A DNA stretch of 63,774 nucleotides, filler included, from Chthonomonadaceae bacterium (GTDB lineage Bacteria; Armatimonadota; Chthonomonadetes; Chthonomonadales; Chthonomonadaceae): assembly GCA_035650735.1 (NCBI GenBank). It is 5 parts of 5 records of this genome, joined end to end, with 100 filler letters (N's around TTAATTAATTAA, not from the genome) between each part and the next. Parts side by side here need not be neighbours in the genome. Positions count along the whole stretch, not along the records: positions 18,369 to 33,915 come from DASRGZ010000065.1; 4 more parts are not named here. One strand, written 5' to 3'. A program made the position numbers and the translations under genes. Every line of letters begins with the position of its first letter. Position 1 is the first letter of the stretch. Shown piece after piece: positions 19,528-28,847 of the stretch. The notes beneath the pieces are model-generated. The model was given only the letters and a program-made list of their open reading frames with translations, was not told the DNA's origin and did no database searches.

Positions 19528-20610
19528 TCAGTACCCGGCCTGCTTGTTCACGACGTTGAGTAGAGGGTAGCCGCTCACGTAACGCCGCACGTTCTCAACG
19601 AACACATCCAGAATGCGCGTGCCGCTGTACTGCGATTGCCCGGCGATGTGGGGCGTGATGAGGACGTTGGGCATGTCCCAGAGTTCATGGTTGGGCGGGA
19701 GGGGCTCCGGGTCGGTGACATCCAGGCCGGCCCCGGCGATCTGCTGGGCTTTGAGCGCCTTGACGAGCGCGGGCGTCTGGACCAGCTTGCCGCGCGAGAC
19801 GTTGATGAAGTAGGCGGTCGGCTTCATCAGGCCGAACTCGCGCTCGCCGAACATCCCCTCGCTGCGTCGGGTGTGCGGCGCGGCGCTGACGACCACATCG
19901 GCCTGTTGGAGCAGTTCGGGCAGCCCGTCATCCACCAGAGAAATGACGTCGGCAATGGAATAGCGTTCCCGGTACATCGGCTCGGCGTCCACCGCCGCCA
20001 CGCGCATATCCATCGCCTTCGCCCGCCGGGCTGTCTCCCGCCCGATGCCTCCGAAGCCCACAATGCCCATCGTCATCCCGCGCAGTTCGATGGGCTTGAC
20101 CTTTTGCTCCCAGCGGCGGTTGCGCATCTGCTGGGCCTGCGCGCCGATGCCCCGTGTCAGCCCGAACAGCAGCCCGAAGACGTGCTCGGCGATCTCCGGG
20201 GCATAGCAGCCCTTCGCGTTGGTCAGGGTGATGGGGCTGTTGACCAGTTCCGGAAAGAGAATGTGCTCTACGCCCGCCGCAGACCACTGAATCCAGCGCA
20301 ATTTGCGCGCCGCGCGCAGGTCTTCCTGGCTAAAGCCGCCAAAAATAACAGCGGCCTCCGGCAACTCTCGCTGCCACTGCGCATCGTCACCGGCGGCCAC
20401 AAGCTGGATCTGGGGGGAAATGGCGGCGAGGCGCTGCGCATGCTCCGGCGGCAGGCCGCCGCGCGTCAGAATCTTCAGGGGCAGGCGCGGAGGCTCCGGC
20501 TCGGCGGCGTGAGCGGCGGGTGCGACGGCCAGCGCTGCCAGCCCCACGCCAGCCGTCGCAACACCCGCGCTGCCCAGAAAATCGCGGCGGGAGATCGTCT
20601 TCGCGCTCAT
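19528..20610 (-). CDS. D-2-hydroxyacid dehydrogenase family protein with twin-arginine signal peptide
   Basis: SRRDFL Tat motif and AHA cleavage site; GIVGFGGIG, INVSRG, LDVTDPEP, ITPHIAG. Confidence 0.9.
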   Translation of the reverse strand: MSAKTISRRDFLGSAGVATAGVGLAALAVAPAAHAAEPEPPRLPLKILTRGGLPPEHAQRLAAISPQIQLVAAGDDAQWQRELPEAAVIFGGFSQEDLRAARKLRWIQWSAAGVEHILFPELVNSPITLTNAKGCYAPEIAEHVFGLLFGLTRGIGAQAQQMRNRRWEQKVKPIELRGMTMGIVGFGGIGRETARRAKAMDMRVAAVDAEPMYRERYSIADVISLVDDGLPELLQQADVVVSAAPHTRRSEGMFGEREFGLMKPTAYFINVSRGKLVQTPALVKALKAQQIAGAGLDVTDPEPLPPNHELWDMPNVLITPHIAGQSQYSGTRILDVFVENVRRYVSGYPLLNVVNKQAGY

Positions 20611-20843
20611 GGGGCGCCTCCTTGCTTCTCTCCACTCCGTGGGGTGTCCAAACGGTTGTCGGTGTTTTTGCCGCATGGAGTGGCACACGCGATCCTAACC
20701 TATAAGGTGTGAGACACTCTCACTCTAGCGGGAGAGCTCCATTTGAGGATGCTTAGCTGCGTTCATTTATGCAAAGCCGGTCTGCGTCCAAAACTCGTAG
20801 TTTACCGAGGTGGAATCTCTACGAAGTTGGGCTGCCGGGTTAC

Positions 20844-21932
20844 TTAGCGTAGCGCGGGCGCGCTCTCCTCGGTCTCCGATGCCGAATAGATTTCATTCAT
20901 GTCGTGGGCGATGCGGGCAAAGTCGGCGCGCAGCTCCGGTGGGCTGAGCACTTCGGCCATGCTGCCAAAGGAGAGTATCCACCAGGAGATCTCCCGGGTG
21001 CTGTTGAGGATGGCAGTACAGATGAGGGTGCCATCCGGCTGTAGCTCCATAGAGGCGAACTGCCGGCCCCGGCTTTCGGCCACGAGTTGGGCGACCTGCG
21101 GGGCAAAGCGCACCCGCACCGTGATCTCTTCGTCCGTGCCGCCGAACATCTCCCAAGCGCGTGTAAAATAGGCGTCGGCGGAGAAGTGACGCGGAAAGCG
21201 GAAGCGTTCGGGAAGGATCTCGACGTTGCGTATCCGGCTGATCTTGAAGATGCGCACGCTCCCTTGCTCTTCGGAGTTGGCCAGCAGATACCAGCCGTGG
21301 CGCATGTAACGCAGGTCATAGGGCGCGACCGTCAGGGAGCGCTCGCTATCGGTATCGGAAGACCAATAGTGAATGCGGACCTTGCGGTTGGTGCGCATAG
21401 CCCGCCGGATGCGCTCCATGTTGGGCCGCTGGAGGCTCTCCGAGTTCATGGAGAGCGAACCGACGGTGACGCGATGCCCCAGCGCGCTCCCTGCTTTCGA
21501 GGCTTCCGGCAGGAGCGCCGAGGTGATCTTGCCCAGGCCGGAGCGCAGGTCGGTGGCGAAGAAGTTATCCTTGGCCAGGGCCGGATTGGAAGCGGCGGTA
21601 TAGAGTGCGAGCGCTTCGGAGGGCGTCAGGCTCAGCGGCGGCAGCGTCAGCTCGTTCTCAAAGACGTACCGTCCTTCGCGCCGGCTATAGCGCTTCTTGA
21701 GGGTCTGCTTGTTCTCCAGGAAACGCAGGTCACGATAGATTGTCCGCTCGGAGACATGCAGCTCTTCGGCCAGCTTAGCGGGAGTGATGTCCTGGCGAGC
21801 GCGCATCCGGTTGACGATATAGTTCAACCGGTCGGCTTTGTTGAGGCGATCTGGGTTTTTGAGGTTCATGGTTTTAGAGGTGTTCATCGGCTTTCGGAAA
21901 ATCGCACAGGGATTTATGGTATCATTCGCCAT
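20844..21932 (-). CDS. HTH-WYL-WCX transcriptional regulator (start may be 21869)
   Basis: LAEELHVSERTIYRDL wHTH; VAPYDL..HGWYLLA...FKISRI WYL domain; WWILSFGSMAEVLSPPELR WCX. Confidence 0.92.
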   Translation of the reverse strand: MANDTINPCAIFRKPMNTSKTMNLKNPDRLNKADRLNYIVNRMRARQDITPAKLAEELHVSERTIYRDLRFLENKQTLKKRYSRREGRYVFENELTLPPLSLTPSEALALYTAASNPALAKDNFFATDLRSGLGKITSALLPEASKAGSALGHRVTVGSLSMNSESLQRPNMERIRRAMRTNRKVRIHYWSSDTDSERSLTVAPYDLRYMRHGWYLLANSEEQGSVRIFKISRIRNVEILPERFRFPRHFSADAYFTRAWEMFGGTDEEITVRVRFAPQVAQLVAESRGRQFASMELQPDGTLICTAILNSTREISWWILSFGSMAEVLSPPELRADFARIAHDMNEIYSASETEESAPALR

Positions 21933-22182
21933 AAACTCCCTGTCTCCTTCTTGGCATACCGATAATTTTACAGGTTTTTTGTATTTCGGGGCCAGATTTT
22001 TGCATTTGTTGCTTCCATCAGGCGTTTGTCGCAGAAAACTCGCAAATTACCGCTTTTTTGCAAGGATTTTCGTCTCAAAACCGCAAGAGGGCAGGGAATG
22101 TCGGGGTGTCAGTTTCGGAGACTTGCGGGCGCGACGCCCGCAGATCGGCCCGTCTGTGGAGACATCCTAATGGAGGAACACC

Positions 22183-23442
22183 ATGGCTCAGGAGAATGAA
22201 GCCCAGCAGAACGGCAGCGCGGCGGCTCCGGCAGTCCGCGTGCTGGTCTGTCCCAACGCCTTTAAAGGCAGCCTGACCGCCGCGCAGGCGGCGCGCGCCA
22301 TCGCGGAGGGCCTGCTGCGCGTCGGGAAGTCGGCAGAACCCGCCTCCGCCCAGGCCGATCCGCGAGATAGATTCATCGGTATAGGGCGTTTTGAGCCGCT
22401 CTGCCTGCCGCTGGCCGATGGCGGCGACGGCACGCTGGAAACGCTGGTCGAAGCGACCGGGGGAGCCATCCAGCGCACGAGCGTGCGCGGCCCGCTCGGA
22501 GCGCCGGTGGAGGCGGCCTGGGGCAGGCTGGGGGGCGCGCAGGGCGATACGGCGGTGATTGAGATGGCCGAGGCGTCCGGCCTGCGCCTGCTGCGTCCGG
22601 AGGACTACGACCCGCTCCATGCCAGCACCTACGGCACAGGAGAGTTGATGCGTGCGGCGTTGGAGGCGGGCTGTCGCACGCTGATCGTGGGCATCGGGGG
22701 AAGCGCGACCAACGATGGCGGGGCGGGCATGGCCCAGGCGCTGGGCGCGCGTCTGCTGGACGCAGAGGGCAACGACCTGCCGCCCGGCGGAGCCGCACTA
22801 CGCCAGTTGGCCCGCATCGATCTGAGCGGCTTCCGGCTGCCGCCCGAGGCGCAGGTTATCGTGGCCTGCGATGTGGATAATCCGCTCGTCGGCCCGGAGG
22901 GCGCCTCAGCTATTTACGGCCCGCAGAAGGGGGCGACGCCGGAGATGGTGCAGGAGCTGGATGCAGCCCTGGCCCATTATGCGGAGGTACTGCGCGCCCA
23001 GCTCGGCGTGAAGGTCGCCGATATTCCGGGCGCGGGCGCGGCGGGCGGGCTGGGCGCGGGGCTGCTCGCCTTCTGCCAGGCTACGCTGCGGCCCGGCACC
23101 GAGATGGTGCTGGACGTGCTACAGTTTGATGCGCGGCTGCGGGAGTGCCGGCTGGCGATCACGGGCGAGGGAAAGCTGGATGCGCAGACGGCGCGCGGCA
23201 AGGTGGTCGCGGGGGTGGCGCGGCGTGCCAGGGCGGCGGGGGTGCCTGTGGTGGCGCTGGCCGGATCGGTGGGGGAAGGCGCGGAAGAACGGCTGCGGCA
23301 GGAGGGCCTAACCGTGGCGCTGTCTATTGTGGACGGCCCTCTTCCGCTGGAGGAGGCCCTGCAGAGGGCTTATGTGCTGATGGCAGATGCGGCGGAGCGG
23401 CTGGCGCGCTTATTGGCTCTGGGCGTGCGATTGGAGCGATAG
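22183..23442 (+). CDS. Glycerate kinase (GlxK/GarK family)
   Basis: PNAFKGSL, ADGGDGT, GIGGSATNDGGAG, GAGAAGGLG, ITGEGKLD. Confidence 0.95.
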   Translation: MAQENEAQQNGSAAAPAVRVLVCPNAFKGSLTAAQAARAIAEGLLRVGKSAEPASAQADPRDRFIGIGRFEPLCLPLADGGDGTLETLVEATGGAIQRTSVRGPLGAPVEAAWGRLGGAQGDTAVIEMAEASGLRLLRPEDYDPLHASTYGTGELMRAALEAGCRTLIVGIGGSATNDGGAGMAQALGARLLDAEGNDLPPGGAALRQLARIDLSGFRLPPEAQVIVACDVDNPLVGPEGASAIYGPQKGATPEMVQELDAALAHYAEVLRAQLGVKVADIPGAGAAGGLGAGLLAFCQATLRPGTEMVLDVLQFDARLRECRLAITGEGKLDAQTARGKVVAGVARRARAAGVPVVALAGSVGEGAEERLRQEGLTVALSIVDGPLPLEEALQRAYVLMADAAERLARLLALGVRLER

Positions 23443-24059
23443 CTGCTGCGCCGGCTGCGGGAGACGGAATGGCTCGTTGCGTGCTTGTCCGCCGACTTCG
23501 CGGCCGCGTTCTTGCCGCCGGTGGGCAGGGGGGTGAAGATGAGAGTCAGGCCCCAACTGCCAACCAGCAGCATGGCGATGGCACGCTGGGCGGCAGCCAG
23601 GGTGGCGCGCTTGCCGCGCTCGAACTCGGCGATGACGACCGGGCGGCGCAGCCACAGGCCGGTCGTCGCCGCCAGAAGCAGGATCGTCAGCACGGTAGAG
23701 GGGTCGTTGTCATAGAGCCGCAGCGCGATCTGGACGTAGTTGCTGAGGGTACGTTCCGCTGTGGAGAGCTCGGCGCTGCCGACAGCGGCGATATAGCCAA
23801 TGGCGGCCACAAACAGGCCCAGCGCGGTGCCGCTCAGGCCCAGCAGGGCCAGGCGACCCCAGCGCTTGCGCTCCAGCGTGGCCCAGACGATGACCAGCGG
23901 GACCAAAGCGGCAAAGCACGGACGCGCATCATGCGTGACGAGGAGCGAATGAAAAAGGACATAGGCCGACGAGAGTCCCCAGCAGCAGGCCAGGAGCGTC
24001 GTCAGAAAGCGCGCAGATGCCGGCGTCCCGTGCGTCGCGAGGTTTTGCGGTGGTGGCAT
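23370..24059 (-). CDS. Hypothetical multi-pass membrane protein
   Basis: Five hydrophobic segments; AGGAGG RBS; 3' end overlaps the convergent glycerate kinase gene. Confidence 0.65.
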   Translation of the reverse strand: MPPPQNLATHGTPASARFLTTLLACCWGLSSAYVLFHSLLVTHDARPCFAALVPLVIVWATLERKRWGRLALLGLSGTALGLFVAAIGYIAAVGSAELSTAERTLSNYVQIALRLYDNDPSTVLTILLLAATTGLWLRRPVVIAEFERGKRATLAAAQRAIAMLLVGSWGLTLIFTPLPTGGKNAAAKSADKHATSHSVSRSRRSSYRSNRTPRANKRASRSAASAIST

Positions 24060-24704
24060 CGGGTCAGCCCTCCTACAATGGTACTGCGTGCAAAACTGCT
24101 CTATAAGTTGGGCAGAGAGAAGTACGGCAGTATTGCGGCAAGGCGATATAACTGGAGGCGCGGTGCGCCTCAGGATGAAACCGTTCAGAGCCGCCAGGAG
24201 GGCCTGAGGACGGGGGAGCGCACCGGGTCTGCAACCGGACGGCTCCCGACATCAACGAGCGATGCCGGTGGAGACGCTTTCTGCCAAGCCGCCATCGCCC
24301 AATAGTATTATCGGCATGAACCGGCGCCAACTGGTGGAAAGAGAAGAGCCGCAGGGAGCAACGTGGCGATGTGTGACGCCTCCAGGCTGACGACGAACCA
24401 GCGCATCCAGGCGTAGGCTTCAATCTGGCAGGGAAAGCGGTTGGCGCCTACCAGCCGTTCGCGATGCAATTGGGGGCGCAGAGGGAAAGGAAGAACAGGA
24501 GGTTGACCCCTCTGCGCTTTCCGGTTCCTGCGTTGAGGGCGCAAGGCATCGGCGTCCCACCAGGCCGAAAAGCCTCCGAGCCTTATAAGCGCGCGTGCCG
24601 TCCGTTACGTCGGGGTTTCGGACGCCTGCAGGGCAGGAAAGCCGTGTTCGTCGGGGAATGCGCCATCGGGGTGCAAGGGAAGCGGCGCGACAAACACAGT
24701 TCTG

Positions 24705-24733
24705 ATTATACGCATTTGCAAGCGAAACGTCAA
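24705..24733 (-). promoter_or_regulatory. Near-consensus sigma-70 promoter
   Basis: Minus strand TTGACG-N17-TATAAT. Confidence 0.75.
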
Positions 24734-25015
24734 GAGTTTTCGCCGCTCCCTTTCTAAGAATATTGCACAAAAGCGGTGATGAGGAAAGAGGCCGAGGCGT
24801 GTCTGGAAAGGCGCGGCCGCTTTCTTGCCTGGGAACCCGCAGAAAATCGCTCCACCGCCTGGAGAAAAATCAGGAACAAAACCGGGTCTACTCTGCGTCC
24901 ATTCCTTCCAAAATCCTCTTCGACCCGGAGCCTCTCAGCCGTTTCACCGATTCTGAAAAATCGTCCCTGCTGCCGCACGAAGGCGCGCTTGCTTCCGTCG
25001 TATTGGCGTGCGTGA

Positions 25016-25104
25016 TGGCGCCCCACAGGGGCATAGGGCTGGCGCCCTATGATGCCAGCCGTGCCGCTGGCACGTCTGGCGCCCCACAGGGGCATAGGGC
25101 TGGC
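25016..25104. repeat. Two 28-bp direct repeats of REP-like hairpins
   Basis: tggcgccccacaggggcatagggctggc at 25016-25043 and 25077-25104; shares gcgccccacag with the REP modules. Confidence 0.75.
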
Positions 25105-25345
25105 AAGCCAAAATTGCGCGCCGAAGCGGTCTTTCCGTCGTCAATAGGATCAGGAGCCTGTTTCCGCTCGATTGCGTGGTTCGTGGTGCGTGATTCGAGC
25201 TACGCACTGCGGCATTATCCGACAGGTGCCAGAGCCTAAAAGGCTGTCAAGCAAAATCTTACAGAGAGGAGGAGCGCAGGGAGAAACACAACCGGATAGC
25301 CATTCCTCCCCTGGCTTTAGATGGGGGTCTCCTTGCTAGGTTTTT

Positions 25346-26191
25346 ATGAGAACAACGCGGAAGAGTGCGTGCTCTCACCAGAGAAGGAACGGACGCGCCG
25401 AGGAACGGACGCGCCTGCTCGGAGGGCTGCTGGCCTGCCTGGCCCTCCTGATAGGAAGACCATGCGCGGCGGGCAGCATCCGCTTTGCGCGCACGACGGC
25501 GGCTGGCGTGCCGCTGATGGTGCTGACGGTAGACTTAAACAATCCCAACGTCAAGGTGACGGGCATGGTCGTGCCGCCCTGGCATGCTGAGCCGTTTGAG
25601 AGCATGATCCGGCGCGCTCATCCAACCGCCGCCCTGACCGGAACCTACTTCTGCGAGCGCACTCTGGTACCCATCGGCGATATTGTCGTGGATGGGCGCC
25701 TGGCGCACCGGGGCGGCATGGGCACCGGCCTGTGCATCACCGACGACAACCAGTGCGAGATTATCAAGACGCCCCGATATCGTCGGGTGGATTGGAGCGC
25801 GTTCGATTTCGTCTGTTGCGCCGGGCCGCGCCTGGTCTGCGCGGGCAAAGTGGCGCTCAATCCCTGGGCCGAAGGCTTCCGCGACTCAAGGCTCTATAGC
25901 CGCGCCGCACGCCTGGCCGTCGGCGTGACGGAAGGAAATCATCTGATCTTCGCGGCCACGCGCCGCCCAATCACCCTGCGCCGCCTGGCCATGGCGATGC
26001 AAGCGCTCGGCTGTATGGATGCTATCAATCTGGATGCCGGCTCCTCGCTCGGCCTCTACTACAACGCCAAAGTTAAGGCCCATCCCCACCGCAAGCTGAC
26101 TAATCTGATCCTGATCTACGACGACCGGCAGCGCTACGAGCGGTTCAAGCACCGCCTGACGCCCCTGCGCCCACAGACCGCTTCGCGCTGA
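25346..26191 (+). CDS. Phosphodiester glycosidase (NAGPA-like) family exported protein
   Basis: Signal peptide; AALTGTYF, AGPRLV, RLAVGV, AINLDAGSS. Confidence 0.85.
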   Translation: MRTTRKSACSHQRRNGRAEERTRLLGGLLACLALLIGRPCAAGSIRFARTTAAGVPLMVLTVDLNNPNVKVTGMVVPPWHAEPFESMIRRAHPTAALTGTYFCERTLVPIGDIVVDGRLAHRGGMGTGLCITDDNQCEIIKTPRYRRVDWSAFDFVCCAGPRLVCAGKVALNPWAEGFRDSRLYSRAARLAVGVTEGNHLIFAATRRPITLRRLAMAMQALGCMDAINLDAGSSLGLYYNAKVKAHPHRKLTNLILIYDDRQRYERFKHRLTPLRPQTASR

Positions 26192-26225
26192 CGCCCTTGC
26201 ACCATACCCAAGCTCTTCTCCTTTT

Positions 26226-26529
26226 GACCTAACCCCCCGGCCCCCTTCCCTGCTTCGCCGCGAACGCGGCAGGGAAGGGGGGACCTGGCTTCTGCTCTTC
26301 CGGCAGGCTGAACCCTGCCGCTGTGGGGCGCAAACCGCCCGTCACCCGCCTACGTGGGCGAAACTCTCTGCCTGCGCAGGCAGAGGCAACCCTGGCTTCT
26401 CTCTTCCCCCTCTCCCGCAGCGTGGGAGAGGGGGACCGGGGGGGTGAGGGCGTCCCTACCCCCTATCCCCTATCCCCTATCCCCTACACCCTATCCCCTA
26501 CACCCTACACATGGAGCCGGGGTGAGGTC
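26226..26529. repeat. Composite repeat element upstream of aspS
   Basis: Ends gacctaacccc / ggggtgaggtc; REP modules and (ccctatc/ccctaca)n heptamers; inverted copy at 28524-28831. Confidence 0.85.
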
Positions 26530-26712
26530 ATCTTGCCTGGAACCTTTACGGGGGAGGGGGAGCAGCAAGGGTGGACATAATGCGCGCAAATTGAACTGGA
26601 ATCTGGTAGAATCTTAGGGTAACGCGCAATTCTGAGAGCGTTTGCGCTGTCATTTATGGTTGCCTGGAGCCGGGCCTGTTCGGCCCGATACGATTGTGGA
26701 TACGACTGGAGG

Positions 26713-28524
26713 ATGCAGGTTTTGAATCACTGGAAACGTACCGTCAACTGTGGCATGCTGACCGTGGCCGACGAGGGCAAAGAAGTCGTGCTCAACGGAT
26801 GGGTTAACCGCCAGCGCGACTTCGGCGACCTGGTGTTTCTGGACCTGCGCGACCGTACCGGCATGGTGCAGGTGGTGGTGGATGCCTCCATCGTTCCCGA
26901 CCTGATCCCGCTGGCGCACAACCTCCGCAGCGAGTTTGTGCTGGCGGTGCGCGGGGTGGTGCGTCCTCGCCGTCCGGGCACCGAGAACCCGGCGCTGGCC
27001 ACCGGCGAGATCGAAGTCGTGGCGCAGGAGATTGAAGTGCTCAACCCCTCTCGGCCTCTGCCGTTCCCGATCTCCGAAGAGGACAAGATGCCGCTGGTGG
27101 ACGAGCTGCTGCGCCTGAAGTACCGCTATCTCGACCTGCGCCGCCCGCGCATGTACCGGATGCTGGAGCTGCGCCATCGCGCCGTGCAGCTGATCCGGGA
27201 CTATTTCAACCGCAACGGCTTCCTGGAGATCGAGACGCCCATCATCACCAAAAGCACGCCGGAAGGGGCGCGCGACTACCTGGTGCCCTACCGCCTGGAG
27301 CCGGGCCTGTTCTATGCGCTGCCGCAGTCGCCTCAGCAATACAAGCAGTTGCTGATGGTGGCGGGCGCGGAGCGCTACTACCAGATCGCCCGCTGCTTCC
27401 GCGACGAGGCCCAGCGGGCCGACCGGCAGCCGGAGTTTACCCAGCTGGACGTGGAGATGTCCTTCGTAGATCAGGAGGACGTGCTGGCCGTGCTGGAAGG
27501 GTACACGACCTACGTGGTGGAGCAGTTAAGCAACAAGGAGATGATCAAGCCCTTCCCGCGCTTCACCTACGACGAGGCCATGCGCCGCTACGGCACGGAC
27601 AAGCCCGACATCCGTTTCGGGCTGGAACTGGCGGACCTGGGGCCGGCCCTGCGCCACACGCAGTTCAGCATCTTCCAGAGCGCGCTGGACGCGGGCGGGC
27701 AGGTCAAGGCCGTGCGCTATCCGGGCGGGGCGTCGCTGTCGCGCCGGGAGGTGGACGAGCTGGGCGCGTTCTGCAAGCAGTTTGGCGCAAAGGGGCTGGC
27801 AACCATCGCCGTCACCGAGCTCAGCCCGACGGGCGTCAAGTCGGCCATCGCCAAGTATCTCTCCGAGGAGGAGATGCAGGCTATCCTGGAGGTGGCGGAG
27901 GCCCGTGCGGACGATCTGATCTGCATCATTGCCGATCCGAAGCCGGAGGTCGTCGCCAATGTGCTCTCGCGCCTGCGTCTGGAGATCGGGCAGCGCTGCG
28001 GCCTGCGCGACCCGGACAAGCTCTACTTCTGCCTGATCACGGACTTTCCGCTGGTGCAGTGGAGCGAGGAAGAGAATCGCTGGGACGCCGAGCACCATCC
28101 GTTCACCATGCCCTACCCGGAGCACCTGACCTACTTCGACACCGACCCCAGCAAAATCCGGGCGCAGTGCTACGACCTGGTCTGCAACGGGCAGGAGTCG
28201 GGCTCCGGCAGCATCCGAATCCACCAGGCCGATATTCAGGCGAAGGTCTTTGATCTGTTGGGCATCTCGCGGGAGATGCAGCAGGCGCGGTTCGGGCATA
28301 TCCTGGAAGCCTTCTCCTACGGTGCGCCGCCGCACGGCGGGTTCGCGACGGGCATTGACCGTCTGGTGATGAACCTGATGGACGAGCCCAACATTCGCGA
28401 AGTCATCGCCTTCCCGAAACTGGGCATGGGCTACGACCCGCTGATGGAAGCACCCTCGCCCGTGGACCAGGCCCAATTGAACGAGCTGGGCCTGCGCGTC
28501 GTGCCGCATAAGAACAAGAAATAG
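26713..28524 (+). CDS. aspS: Aspartate--tRNA ligase
   Basis: [63 protein letters not shown]. Confidence 0.98.
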   Translation: MQVLNHWKRTVNCGMLTVADEGKEVVLNGWVNRQRDFGDLVFLDLRDRTGMVQVVVDASIVPDLIPLAHNLRSEFVLAVRGVVRPRRPGTENPALATGEIEVVAQEIEVLNPSRPLPFPISEEDKMPLVDELLRLKYRYLDLRRPRMYRMLELRHRAVQLIRDYFNRNGFLEIETPIITKSTPEGARDYLVPYRLEPGLFYALPQSPQQYKQLLMVAGAERYYQIARCFRDEAQRADRQPEFTQLDVEMSFVDQEDVLAVLEGYTTYVVEQLSNKEMIKPFPRFTYDEAMRRYGTDKPDIRFGLELADLGPALRHTQFSIFQSALDAGGQVKAVRYPGGASLSRREVDELGAFCKQFGAKGLATIAVTELSPTGVKSAIAKYLSEEEMQAILEVAEARADDLICIIADPKPEVVANVLSRLRLEIGQRCGLRDPDKLYFCLITDFPLVQWSEEENRWDAEHHPFTMPYPEHLTYFDTDPSKIRAQCYDLVCNGQESGSGSIRIHQADIQAKVFDLLGISREMQQARFGHILEAFSYGAPPHGGFATGIDRLVMNLMDEPNIREVIAFPKLGMGYDPLMEAPSPVDQAQLNELGLRVVPHKNKK

Positions 28525-28831
28525 ACCTCACCCCGGCTCCATGTGTAGGGTGTAGGGTGTAGGGGATAGGGGGTAGGGGATAGGGGGTAGGGACGCCCTC
28601 ACCCCCCCGGCCCCCCTCTCCCACGCTGCGGGAGAGGGGGAAGAGAGAAGCCAGGGTTGCCTCTGCCAGCGCAGGCAGAGAGTTTCGCCCACAGGGGTGT
28701 CGCCAGGTGTCGCTAGGCGGAGGGCTGTGGCAAGGCGGAGGCAGGGGCCGTAACCCTGCCGACCCTGGCAGTCGGCGGGCGCTTTGCGCCCCACAGCGGC
28801 AGGGTTTAGCCTGCTGGAATGGGGATTAGGT
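28524..28831. repeat. Composite repeat element downstream of aspS (inverted relative to 26226-26529)
   Basis: gacctcaccccggctccatgtgtagggtgtagg... is the reverse complement of the upstream copy. Confidence 0.85.
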
Positions 28832-28847
28832 AACACAGGAGGGCTGT

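Noticed and set aside
23145..24305. Long alternative ORFs such as 23145-24305, 6810-8027, 38611-39801 and 42015-43244
   Set aside because: Shadow frames of well-supported genes in GC-rich DNA, with no recognisable motifs
25016..25104. 28-bp repeat, 33-bp spacer, 28-bp repeat as a mini CRISPR
   Set aside because: The spacer is itself palindromic and pairs with the repeat, the repeat shares gcgccccacag with local REP modules, and there are no cas genes
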